A stretch of DNA of 45,725 nucleotides from Pseudonocardiales bacterium (lineage in GTDB: Bacteria; Actinomycetota; Actinomycetes; Mycobacteriales; Jatrophihabitantaceae). How positions within the stretch are numbered: position 1 is the stretch's first letter; each line of letters begins with the position of its first letter. The stretch lies in contig JAVEES010000367.1 in NCBI GenBank assembly GCA_030840285.1, positions 1 to 45,725 on the forward strand. Reading direction: 5' to 3'. Under the pieces are notes generated by a model. That model was not told where the DNA came from and did no database searches. It worked only from the letters and a program-made list of their open reading frames with translations. Shown one piece after another: positions 28,764-37,236 of this stretch. The translations under genes and the position numbers were made by a program.

Positions 28764-30136
28764 GCCCCACCTCGGCCCGCGCGGCCGGACGGCACGCCAA
28801 CCCGCTTCCGGTGCCGGCCTTGACAGCACCCAGCAAGCCGAAGCGGATCGTGACCGTCGAGCGCCTGTTGCCCTCCGGCTTGCGCGTTGTCGTCGTCCGG
28901 CGCACCTCCGTCCCGATGGTGGAGGTCCGCCTGCGGTTGCCGTTCCTGTCTGCCAAGCCGCATCACCTGGCGCGTTCAACGCTGCTGTCCGAGACGATCC
29001 TGACCGGTACCGAGCGCAGGGACCGGACGGGCCTGGCGATAGCCCTGCAGGAACTCGGCGGCGACCTCTCGATAGGTCTGGACGCGGACCGGCTGCTGCT
29101 GTCGGGTTCGGCCTTGTCCACCAAACTGGTCAGCCTGCTCGGCGTCATCGGCGAGGTCCTCGAATCGGCGACCTATCCCAAGTCCGAGTTCACTGGCGAG
29201 CGCGCGAGGCTTGTCGATCGGGTGACGCTGGCTCGCTCCCAACCGGGGGTCATCGCCAACGAGGCTCTCGCACAGCGGATGGCGCCGGGTCACCCGTACG
29301 GATCGTCCCTGCCGGAGGCGGGCGAGATCGAGCAGAGTTCCGCGCCGCAGGTGCGCAAGCTGCACGCGGACCTGGTACGGCCCGACGGTGCTGTGCTGGT
29401 GATCGTCGGCGACGTCGTCCCGGCGCGCGCGCTGGACGCGGCCGAGCGGGTGCTTTCGGGATGGACCGGCGAGCAGGCCAAGCACAAGGTGGCCGAACCG
29501 CCCAGCCTCGAGCAGGGGCCGCTGCAGATCATCGACCGGCCGGGTTCGGTACAGACTTCGCTCCGCTTCGGTGGCGCGGCCCTGAGACGCGACGATGAGC
29601 GTTACCCCGCCCTGCAGCTGGCGAACCTGGCCTTCGGCGGCCTCTTCTCCTCACGATGGGTGGAGAACATCCGGGAGGACAAGGGATACACGTACTCGCC
29701 CCGCAGTGCTTTGGACCATGCGACTCTTCGTTCTGCTTTTCTTGCCTCAGCCGACGTCGCTACGGAGGTCACCGCACCCGCGGTGCTCGAAACCCTCTAC
29801 GAACTGGGCAAGATCTCTACCCTGCCGATCAGCAGCACTGAACTGGAGTTGATCCGCCAGTACGCCATCGGCACGATGGCCCTGTCCATTTCCACGCAGG
29901 CGGGCCTGGCTTCGACCTTGGTCGGCCTGCTCGGTGCCGGCTTGGACGTCGAGTGGTTGAGCACGCATCGTCAGCGCCTGACCGCCGTCACCATCGACGA
30001 GATCGCGGCAGTCTCGGCCGAGTTCCTGTCGCCGCGCGCTCTGGTGGGCATCGCTGTCGGAGATGCCGAGCAGATTGCGCCCAGCCTGCGGCGGATCCTC
30101 GATGTGGACGTCAGAGCCGTCACCACGACAGGCTGA
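28760..30136 (+). CDS. M16 peptidase, non-catalytic partner subunit
   Basis: ATGA overlap; lacks HXXEH; has GGLFSSRW...IREDKGYTY. Confidence 0.9.
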   Translation: MSPTSARAAGRHANPLPVPALTAPSKPKRIVTVERLLPSGLRVVVVRRTSVPMVEVRLRLPFLSAKPHHLARSTLLSETILTGTERRDRTGLAIALQELGGDLSIGLDADRLLLSGSALSTKLVSLLGVIGEVLESATYPKSEFTGERARLVDRVTLARSQPGVIANEALAQRMAPGHPYGSSLPEAGEIEQSSAPQVRKLHADLVRPDGAVLVIVGDVVPARALDAAERVLSGWTGEQAKHKVAEPPSLEQGPLQIIDRPGSVQTSLRFGGAALRRDDERYPALQLANLAFGGLFSSRWVENIREDKGYTYSPRSALDHATLRSAFLASADVATEVTAPAVLETLYELGKISTLPISSTELELIRQYAIGTMALSISTQAGLASTLVGLLGAGLDVEWLSTHRQRLTAVTIDEIAAVSAEFLSPRALVGIAVGDAEQIAPSLRRILDVDVRAVTTTG

Positions 30137-30147
30137 GGGCAGTCGTG

Positions 30148-31098
30148 GTGGAGGTGCAGCAGCCGGTGCCCGTCCCGGTGCTTTCCCGATCGGCGCACGA
30201 CCGGATCGCGCACCGCCGGACTGATGCCCACTGGCTCGAGGCGGCGTGGCAGTCAGCATCGAGTCTCGTGCTTGTCCTGTCCGCGGCGGCCGAGGCGCGG
30301 TCGGCGTCGGGCACGATGCTCGATCTGCTCCACCCGGCTGAGGTTGACGTCGACGGCGACCGGATCCTGCTCGGTGAGGCTGAGGGCAGGGTCTACTTCG
30401 CGGTGCTGGCCTATACCGAGACCGGCACGACATCGCTGCCAGGGAACTGGCGAGGGCTGCGGGAACTTGCCGTACAGCTCGGCGATCTGGACGTCGGCCT
30501 GCTGACGACGGCCGTTGCGCTGCAGCACTGGCACCAGCGCCACACGCATTGCCCCCGCTGCGGGACGGTTACCGAACTCGCTCAAGCCGGCTGGACCCGG
30601 GTGTGCCCGCACGACGGCTCGGAGCATTTTCCGCGGACCGACCCAGCGGTGATCATGCTGATCACTGACGGGCAGGACAGATGTCTGCTGGCCCGCTCGC
30701 CGCTGTGGCCAGAGGGGCGGATGTCGGTGCTGGCCGGGTTCGTCGAGGCCGGCGAGTCCGCGGAGGCAGCCGTCGCGCGTGAGGTCGGCGAAGAGGTCGG
30801 TATCTCGGTCGGCGATATCCGCTACGTCGCCAGCCAGCCGCACCCATTTCCCTCCTCGCTCATGCTCGGCTACACGGCGCACGCGACAGGCGATCCGACC
30901 CTGCAGCCGGACCATGATGAGATTGCCGAGGCTGGCTGGTTCACCAGGGATGAGGTCCGCGCGGCCCGAGACTGGGGCGACGAGCGTGGCGAGGAAGGCT
31001 CCCAGGAAGGGTCCGGGGCCCAGGGGATGCTGCGGGCCCTGCCGCCGACCATGTCCATCGCCAGGCAACTGATCGATTCGTGGATCGCCTCGGGCTAG
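30148..31098 (+). CDS. nudC: NAD(H) pyrophosphatase NudC
   Basis: HCPRCG...CPHDG, FPRTDPAVI, Nudix box GFVEAGESAEAAVAREVGEEVG and SQPHPFPSSLM; exact start among GTG 30145/30148/30154 is uncertain. Confidence 0.92.
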   Translation: MEVQQPVPVPVLSRSAHDRIAHRRTDAHWLEAAWQSASSLVLVLSAAAEARSASGTMLDLLHPAEVDVDGDRILLGEAEGRVYFAVLAYTETGTTSLPGNWRGLRELAVQLGDLDVGLLTTAVALQHWHQRHTHCPRCGTVTELAQAGWTRVCPHDGSEHFPRTDPAVIMLITDGQDRCLLARSPLWPEGRMSVLAGFVEAGESAEAAVAREVGEEVGISVGDIRYVASQPHPFPSSLMLGYTAHATGDPTLQPDHDEIAEAGWFTRDEVRAARDWGDERGEEGSQEGSGAQGMLRALPPTMSIARQLIDSWIASG

Positions 31099-31120
31099 CC
31101 GGGGGATCGAGCAGGCAGAG

Positions 31121-31762
31121 CTAATTCGCCGAGTTGACCGCTATCGCCGGACGTTGAGGGTCGTCGTATCGAATGACGACATCCGCCGCGCCCGAGGGAT
31201 CTACATCGAGGTCGTAGCGGTCATAGGCCGGCAACGTCCATGCCAGTGACGCTGGGGCCAGCCGCCGACGCGCCTGCCGCGAAACGGACAGGTGGACGGT
31301 GAGATCGAAGCTCAGGCCGATGCCCAGCAGCAACGCCCCGGTGACGAGCAGGACGCCGTCGGGAGGGAGCACCGCGCGGGCGGCCCTGGTCGAACGGTTG
31401 GTGGCCGGATCCCGCAGCGATGCCAGATAGCTTCCCTCGCCCGCGGGGCCCAGCGGTGCCAGCACCTCGCGCTGAAGCCCCGTCTTGTCCAGCCAGCCGG
31501 AGTAGAAGGATTCGAGATCGGTCTTCCCGTACTCGAAACGAAGCGAGGCGTCCCGGTAGAAACCGGCGGTGTCCAGCAGCGCGGCAGGGTGGCCAGCCAG
31601 GATCAGGTCGCCGCGAATGGCTTCTGCCAGCGCCGTCAGGTCGACGAATTCAGGCCCGTCAAGCGCAATCCGCAGCGGATGCTGTTCGCCGTGTCGTTCC
31701 AGGGCCAGCCGGCTGAGTTCGGCCGCGAGCCGATCAGGACCAAGCGGCGTGAACCGTCTCAC
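31121..31762 (-). CDS. Uridine-kinase-like P-loop-fold protein with degenerate Walker A
   Basis: GTGA overlap with the mycoredoxin stop; RIALDG, FYRDASLRFEYG, WLD..GLQREVLAPL and ADVVIRYDDP resemble actinobacterial uridine-kinase-like proteins. Confidence 0.72.
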   Translation of the reverse strand: MRRFTPLGPDRLAAELSRLALERHGEQHPLRIALDGPEFVDLTALAEAIRGDLILAGHPAALLDTAGFYRDASLRFEYGKTDLESFYSGWLDKTGLQREVLAPLGPAGEGSYLASLRDPATNRSTRAARAVLPPDGVLLVTGALLLGIGLSFDLTVHLSVSRQARRRLAPASLAWTLPAYDRYDLDVDPSGAADVVIRYDDPQRPAIAVNSAN

Positions 31763-32019
31763 GCCAGCGAGGCGAGCTTTTCCTTCACCTGCGCGATCGA
31801 GGGATTGGTCAGCGCGGTGCCGTCGGAGAACTCGAGGGTAGGCACCGTCTGGTTGCCGCCGTTGACCTCCATCACCCGCAGGGCCGCGGCCTCGTCCAGT
31901 TCGATGTTGACCTCGGAAAAGGCCACTCCCGACTGGTCCAGCCCCTTCTTCAGGCGCACGCAATAACCGCACCAGGAGGTCGTGTACATCGTCAACGGAG
32001 CACCCATTTGCTCGTTCAT
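31759..32019 (-). CDS. mrx1: Mycoredoxin-1
   Basis: MYTTSWCGYC, VNGGNQTVPT and LTNPS; divergent from uvrD2 as with Rv3198A; alternative start 32007. Confidence 0.92.
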   Translation of the reverse strand: MNEQMGAPLTMYTTSWCGYCVRLKKGLDQSGVAFSEVNIELDEAAALRVMEVNGGNQTVPTLEFSDGTALTNPSIAQVKEKLASLA

Positions 32020-32063
32020 CCAATCTGTCCGGACCGCACGCTCGGCGTGATGTTCACCTATTT

Positions 32064-32089
32064 CAACATCGCAAACCCGCCGATGTTCC
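32064..32089 (-). promoter_or_regulatory. SigH/SigR-type promoter of mrx1
   Basis: Minus strand GGAAC-N17-GTTG; mycoredoxin is a known thiol-stress sigma target. Confidence 0.65.
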
Positions 32090-32152
32090 CCGCGTTGGTG
32101 GGCGGCGTGTCACAACGCAGCACCCACCCCGACCCACCCACGCCGCCAGAAG

Positions 32153-32174
32153 TGTCAGCACGGCTTGGCAAGAT
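32153..32174 (+). promoter_or_regulatory. PafBC-type promoter of uvrD2
   Basis: TGTCAG-N10-CAAGAT, then 7 nt to GTG 32182. Confidence 0.55.
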
Positions 32175-32181
32175 GGCGTGC

Positions 32182-34197
32182 GTGACTTCCTCCGTCCCGG
32201 CCTCCGCAGAGCAAGTGCTAGCCGGGTTGGACCCGGAGCAGCGGGCCGCGGCGCTGGCCGTGCACGGCCCGGTCTGCATCCTGGCTGGTGCGGGCACCGG
32301 CAAGACCCGGGCCATCACGCACCGGATCGCTTACGCCGTACGCACCGGCGCGGTATCGCCGGATGCCGTGCTGGCAGTCACGTTCACCGCACGGGCCGCA
32401 GGCGAGCTACGCACCCGGCTGCGTTCTCTAGGTGCCGCGGGGGTTCAAGCGCGGACCTTCCATGCCGCGGCGCTGCGCCAGCTGAACTACTTCGCACCCC
32501 AGATTCTCGGCGGACCGATGCCCGACGTGGCCGACAACCCGATCCGCTGGATCGCCCAGGCCGCCAACCGTCTGCGGCTGCGCACCGACCGCGCCGAGTT
32601 GCGTGATCTGGCGAGTGAGATCGACTGGGCGAAGTCATCACTGGTATCTCCGGCCGACTACGTCGCGGCGGCGGCGAAGGCCAATCGCGGCATGTCGCTC
32701 AGCCCCGCCAAGGTGGCTGAGGTCTACGCAGGTTATGAGGAGACAAAGCGCCGCAACAACGAGATCGACTTCTCCGACCTGCTGCTCGTGATGGCCGGTG
32801 CGCTGGAGTCCAATGACAAGGTCGCCGCGCAGGTGCGGGCGCAGTACCGGTACTTCGTCATCGACGAGTACCAGGACGTCTCGCCGATACAGCAGCGGCT
32901 GCTGACGGCCTGGCTCGGTGACCGCGAGGACATCTGCGTGGTGGGCGATGCCAATCAGACGATCTACTCCTTCGCTGGGGCACGGCCGTCATACCTGCTC
33001 GACTTCGCCGATCGGTACCCCGATGCGACCGTCGTCCGGCTGCAGCGTGACTACCGCTCGACGCCGCAGATCGTCGAGCTTGCCAACCAGCTCATCACCG
33101 CCGGGGGACGGGCCAGTCGCACCGGTCTGACCCTGATCGGCCAGCGGGCGGACGGGCCGAAGCCTACGTTCGCTGAGCACGACGACGAGGTGGCCGAAGC
33201 CGCGTCGGTGGCCTCGAGCATCAAGCGGCTGCTTGCCGGCGGCACGCCGGCGGCCGAGATTGCGGTGCTGTTCCGCATCAATGCCCAGTCCGAGACCTAT
33301 GAACAAGCGCTGACCGAACTCGCGATCCCGTACGTGCTTCGAGGGGGTGCGAAGTTCTTCGAACGCGCTGAGGTCCGTCAAGCGATGGTCTTGCTGCGCG
33401 GAGCGGCCCGGGCAGATGGTGGCGAGGTGCCGCTGCCCGAGGCCGTTGCCGAGGTGCTTAGCTCGGTCGGCTGGAACCGCGAACACCCCCCGGCGGGAGG
33501 GGCGGCAAGGGAACGCTGGGAGTCGCTGTCGGCTCTGGTGGATCTGGCCGACCAGTTCATCATCGACGTACCGCAGGCACGGCTGGATGAGTTCAACGCC
33601 GACCTCGAGCAGCGCGCGGCCTCCCAGCATGCCCCCACCGTGCAGGGCGTGACCCTGGCCTCGCTGCATTCGGCGAAAGGCCTGGAGTGGGATGCGGTGT
33701 TCCTGGTCGGATTGGCGGATCAGACCATCCCGATCCAGCACGCCACGACGCCAGAGCAACTCGAAGAGGAGCGGCGGCTGCTCTACGTAGGTATCACGCG
33801 GGCTCGGCAGACGCTGGCGCTGTCCTGGGCGTTGGCCCGCAACCCTGGTCAGGCCAGGCGGCGACGACCAAGCCGGTTCCTGGACGGTCTGCGGCCCGGA
33901 GGTGCGACGCGCACCGCGTCAGCCACCAAGAAGGCCAAGGTCGTCCCACAGTCCGAGGACGCGGCGGTCTTCGGACGGCTTCGAGCCTGGCGCAAGCTTC
34001 AGGCAGAGGCGCAGGGCGTACCGGCATACGTGGTGTTCTCCGACGCCACTCTGGTCGCGATAGCTGACGGCGCGCCGCGCGACGAGCTGGCTCTGGCCCG
34101 GATCCCCGGCGTCGGCCCGACAAAGCTGTCCCGCTACGCCACGCCGGTGCTGGCCGTACTGGCCGGCCAAGAACCCGAAGCAGTCGAAGTCGGCTAA
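32182..34197 (+). CDS. uvrD2: ATP-dependent DNA helicase UvrD2 with HRDC domain
   Basis: LAGAGTGKTRAITHRIA, IDEYQDVS, LHSAKGLEW, EERRLLYVGITRA and HRDC (VPAYVVFSDATL...IPGVGPTKL). Confidence 0.94.
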   Translation: MTSSVPASAEQVLAGLDPEQRAAALAVHGPVCILAGAGTGKTRAITHRIAYAVRTGAVSPDAVLAVTFTARAAGELRTRLRSLGAAGVQARTFHAAALRQLNYFAPQILGGPMPDVADNPIRWIAQAANRLRLRTDRAELRDLASEIDWAKSSLVSPADYVAAAAKANRGMSLSPAKVAEVYAGYEETKRRNNEIDFSDLLLVMAGALESNDKVAAQVRAQYRYFVIDEYQDVSPIQQRLLTAWLGDREDICVVGDANQTIYSFAGARPSYLLDFADRYPDATVVRLQRDYRSTPQIVELANQLITAGGRASRTGLTLIGQRADGPKPTFAEHDDEVAEAASVASSIKRLLAGGTPAAEIAVLFRINAQSETYEQALTELAIPYVLRGGAKFFERAEVRQAMVLLRGAARADGGEVPLPEAVAEVLSSVGWNREHPPAGGAARERWESLSALVDLADQFIIDVPQARLDEFNADLEQRAASQHAPTVQGVTLASLHSAKGLEWDAVFLVGLADQTIPIQHATTPEQLEEERRLLYVGITRARQTLALSWALARNPGQARRRRPSRFLDGLRPGGATRTASATKKAKVVPQSEDAAVFGRLRAWRKLQAEAQGVPAYVVFSDATLVAIADGAPRDELALARIPGVGPTKLSRYATPVLAVLAGQEPEAVEVG

Positions 34198-34329
34198 CGC
34201 CTGGGCGGACCAGAACGCCGATCAGAAAAGCCCTTATAACGTAAGGCGAAACTAGGCTGGATAGGCGTACGTAGTTGTCCATACAACCTTTGACCACTGA
34301 TGTTTGTCAGAAATTTGCCGACAATCCGC

Positions 34330-34368
34330 AAAAAAGAATTGTGCCTTGCCGGTCGCGTCCGATAGCCT
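34330..34368 (+). promoter_or_regulatory. WhiB7-autoactivated promoter
   Basis: A-tract AAAAAAGAA (34330-34338) immediately upstream of -35 TTGTGC (34339-34344), 18-nt spacer, -10 TAGCCT (34363-34368). Confidence 0.75.
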
Positions 34369-34450
34369 CGCGTACACAGACAAAACAAACCGCGTTGCAC
34401 CGGAGTCACGTCAACTCCGCGCAAGCCCGAACAGTCGAGGGAGGTGCCGA

Positions 34451-34624
34451 ATGTCCATCAATCTGAGCTTCACCGCAGCCGCGTGGATCCCGGCTGCCTT
34501 CGCTGCTGTTCCGGCACTCATGACTGACGTGTCGAAGCAGGCTCACCGCGTCGGCACCCGTGGCACCGGATCGACGGAAGTTGATTACGGCCAGGCCCGC
34601 TGTCCTCAAAGGATACCGCTCTGA
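34451..34624 (+). CDS. whiB7/wblC leader peptide (uORF), 57 aa
   Basis: Strong RBS GAGGGAGGT before ATG; lies between the whiB7 promoter and an intrinsic terminator. Confidence 0.75.
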   Translation: MSINLSFTAAAWIPAAFAAVPALMTDVSKQAHRVGTRGTGSTEVDYGQARCPQRIPL

Positions 34625-34646
34625 AAATTCACGAGCGAGACCTTCG

Positions 34647-34688
34647 AGGCCGCGGATTCCCTGACCGGGAACCGCGGCCTTTGTCATT
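34647..34688 (+). terminator. Intrinsic terminator (attenuator) in the whiB7 leader
   Basis: AGGCCGCGG(A)TTCCC-tgacc-GGGAACCGCGGCCT followed by TTGTCATT. Confidence 0.85.
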
Positions 34689-34798
34689 CCCTGAGAAGAA
34701 AACCGATTCCTATCCGCCATCGACACCAAGCCGACCCACTGCCCAACGAACAAGACCGGCCGACCAACCACCGCACAGAAGCAAGGAGGTGACCCGAC

Positions 34799-35161
34799 GT
34801 GTATGCGACTGGCCTGCTTACCGAGCAGGACTTCCAACCGTGGGTTGCAGCCACACCCCAGGCTGCGATTTCAATCTGCGAACCGCTCACTTCTACCGTT
34901 GACCCGGCTTTCGATGGCGACATCGACGATCTGCCCTGCCGGGTACTCGATCCAGATCTCTGGTTCGCCGACTCACCGGCGGATCTGGAGCAGGCCAAGC
35001 TGCACTGCGCCGGCTGCCCGGTCCGCAACGGATGCCTCGCCGGAGCCCTCGACCGTCGGGAGCCGTGGGGTGTCTGGGGAGGAGAGATCTTCAGCCAGGG
35101 TGAGGTCATCGCACGCAAGCGACCGCGGGGTCGCCCACGCAAGAACGCCGTCGCCGCATGA
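34799..35161 (+). CDS. whiB7: WhiB7/WblC transcriptional activator
   Basis: RBS AAGGAGGTGA; four Cys (LPC, C..C, C), EPWGVWGGE turn and C-terminal AT-hook RKRPRGRPRK. Confidence 0.95.
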   Translation: MYATGLLTEQDFQPWVAATPQAAISICEPLTSTVDPAFDGDIDDLPCRVLDPDLWFADSPADLEQAKLHCAGCPVRNGCLAGALDRREPWGVWGGEIFSQGEVIARKRPRGRPRKNAVAA

Positions 35162-35322
35162 CGGACTACCGGAGCGTGCTCGCACTCAGAAACCGCGGAC
35201 AGTTCCGCGGAGCCAATCCGCTCGAGCGGGTAGGCCTGGTCCGCCAGCCCCAGATCGCAACGCTGCCGGCTGTCTGCCCCGGACATTCGTATCAGCACTA
35301 TTCACCTTCAAGGAGCTTTGCC

Positions 35323-35520
35323 ATGCATTTCCAGTACGAAGCACTAGCCCGTGAACGAATGCTCGAGCAGCGTGCCAACGCTGCGCACCAACGATTGACG
35401 GATGAACTTGTCGCTGCCCGACGGTGGCAACGGCTCGCTGCATTCACCGCGACGCGGGCAGCGAGATCTCAGCGTCGGCTGGCCCAACGTTCAATGGCCG
35501 ATTCCTCGCTGACGGGTTGA
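35323..35520 (+). CDS. Small basic helical protein downstream of whiB7 (65 aa)
   Basis: RBS AAGGAG; MHFQYEALARERM...VAARRWQR resembles the small ORF that follows wblC in Streptomyces; an in-frame upstream ATG at 35158 overlaps the whiB7 stop. Confidence 0.7.
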   Translation: MHFQYEALARERMLEQRANAAHQRLTDELVAARRWQRLAAFTATRAARSQRRLAQRSMADSSLTG

Positions 35521-35553
35521 TCCCCGTGCAGCGTGGAACCAACTGAATACGGT

Positions 35554-35602
35554 GCGGGAGGGTTCCCTCGGCGGTCGCCGGGGAAACCCTCCCGCTACTT
35601 TT
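35554..35602 (+). terminator. Intrinsic terminator of the whiB7 operon
   Basis: Long stem GCGGGAGGGTTCCCTCGGCG/CGCCGGGGAAACCCTCCCGC followed by TACTTTT. Confidence 0.85.
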
Positions 35603-35633
35603 GCGATTCGTTCGCAGTGGTGCAATTGACGGC

Positions 35634-35810
35634 ATGGACACTAGGGCTTGTCAGCGATGCGGCAGGTCAATCGATCCCGGTGTGGACGGCGATCCACCCC
35701 TGATCTGGGTCATGGACCGCGATGGTGAACTCATCCGGTGGACTTGCCCGCAGTGCGCCGGGGACAACCTTCGTGCCATGGAGGCGAAGCTTGATCCCGA
35801 GTGGTGGTGA
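35634..35810 (+). CDS. Small Zn-ribbon protein (Rv3196A-like), 58 aa
   Basis: CQRCG...W...WTCPQCA.DNLRAMEAKLDPEWW. Confidence 0.75.
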   Translation: MDTRACQRCGRSIDPGVDGDPPLIWVMDRDGELIRWTCPQCAGDNLRAMEAKLDPEWW

Positions 35811-35881
35811 ATCGCGATCGCGAGTGGTGGTGAATCGCGATCGCGAGCGGTGCTGAATCGTGATCGCGAGCGGTGCTGAAT
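35798..35881. repeat. 23-bp tandem repeat (about 3.6 copies) starting inside the Zn-ribbon gene's last codons
   Basis: CGAG(T/C)GGTG(G/C)TGAATCG(C/T)GATCG at 35798, 35821 and 35844, partial at 35867. Confidence 0.85.
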
Positions 35882-35925
35882 AGGGCGCTGTCAGCGCCGG
35901 CTACCGCCGTGGAAGCTGGCCCTAT

Positions 35926-37236
35926 TCATCCCTTGAAGCCCGGCTGCCACTCCTCGGCGATCTGGCGATACGGCGCAGTCGCACCGAGCTGGCACAGCAC
36001 TCCGATGGAGCCGAGGGTGACTCGATGCAGCAACAGATATTCCGGCGGCAGGTTCAGCATCCGTCCAACCCTGGCCGCTTCATTTCGGGGATCGGCGATG
36101 CGCTGCGCCTGTTCCCGCATCCACTCCCGGGTGAATCGGAACTCCGGTTCGGCGAGTGGTTCCAGGATGGGCCGCAGATAATCCATCACCTTCGCGGCGT
36201 CGATCTGGATCCCCTTACGGATGAAGTTCTCGCCTTGCATCGCGTCGATCACGGCGTCTACGTCGCCCTCGAGCACCAGTCTGGTAATCCTGCCGAGAGG
36301 CTCGGGCGTGCCGTTGGGCAGCCGGGCGACCGCCCCGAAGTCCAGTACGCCGAGTCGGCCGTCTTCGAGCAACCGGAAATTACCGGGGTGTGGGTCCGCG
36401 TGCAGCAGCCGAACCCGCTCGGGAGCAGAGAAGTGCAGCAGTGCAAGCTTGCCTCCTGCCACGTCACGCTGTTGCTGGCTGCCGTCGGCGATGATCTTTG
36501 ACAGCGGCGTACCGCCGAGCCATTCACTGACCAGCACCTTCGGCGCGCTCGCCACAACCCGGGGCACGATGATGTCGGGATCGGCCTCGTAAGCCGCCGC
36601 AAAGCGTCGCTGTGCGTCCGCTTCGAGGGCATAGTCGAGTTCTTCGATCACCCGTGCGCGAAGTTCGGCCAGCAGCGGCTTGACGTCCAGGCCCGGTGAC
36701 AGCCGGCCGAAGAGCTTGGCGAAGCGTGAGAGCTGATTGAAATCAGCCATCAATGCCGGCCCCGCACCGGGATATTGGATCTTTACCGCAACCTGCCGCC
36801 CATCGGCCCACACGGCTCGATGGACCTGTCCGATGGAGGCGGCCGCCGCTGGTTGGTCCGAAAATTCCGTGAACCGGGAACGCCAAGAGGTGCCGAACTG
36901 CTCGTCCAGCACTCGGTGCATCACCGAGGGCGCCATCGGGGGAGCTGCCTCTTGCAGCTTGGTCAGTGCGGCCCGATACGGCGCCGCCGACTCCTCTGGC
37001 ATCGCCGCCTCGAACACGGAGAGGGCTTGGCCGAACTTCATCGCGCCGCCCTTGAGCTGGCCGAGAACAGCGAACAGTTGTTCGGCGGTGCGTTGCGCCA
37101 TTTCGGCCTGAACGTCGGCCGCTGAACTGCCGGTGAGTCGCTTGCCCAGCCCGACGGTCGCTCGACCCGCTACCCCAAGCGGCAGTCTGGCCAGCTGTGC
37201 GGAGCGGGCGACACCGCGCTGCGGGATGTCACTCAT
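35926..37236 (-). CDS. ABC1/UbiB-family atypical kinase (Rv3197-like)
   Basis: LKGGAMKFGQ, AAASIGQVH, VAVKIQYPG, ELDY, HADPHPGNF and LDFG. Confidence 0.93.
   Translation of the reverse strand: MSDIPQRGVARSAQLARLPLGVAGRATVGLGKRLTGSSAADVQAEMAQRTAEQLFAVLGQLKGGAMKFGQALSVFEAAMPEESAAPYRAALTKLQEAAPPMAPSVMHRVLDEQFGTSWRSRFTEFSDQPAAAASIGQVHRAVWADGRQVAVKIQYPGAGPALMADFNQLSRFAKLFGRLSPGLDVKPLLAELRARVIEELDYALEADAQRRFAAAYEADPDIIVPRVVASAPKVLVSEWLGGTPLSKIIADGSQQQRDVAGGKLALLHFSAPERVRLLHADPHPGNFRLLEDGRLGVLDFGAVARLPNGTPEPLGRITRLVLEGDVDAVIDAMQGENFIRKGIQIDAAKVMDYLRPILEPLAEPEFRFTREWMREQAQRIADPRNEAARVGRMLNLPPEYLLLHRVTLGSIGVLCQLGATAPYRQIAEEWQPGFKG

Noticed and set aside
31121-32023. 300-aa ORF fully overlapping mycoredoxin
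   Set aside because: The recognisable protein begins at the GTG (31762) overlapping the mrx1 stop; the upstream part is an off-frame reading of mrx1.
34198-34330. AT-richer stretch as foreign DNA or sRNA
   Set aside because: It is short and adjoins the whiB7 promoter; only weak inverted repeats are present, with no independent evidence.
35798-35881. Possible mini-CRISPR array, given a Cas4-like gene in the window
   Set aside because: The repeats are directly adjacent with no spacers, and there are no cas1/cas2 or effector genes.
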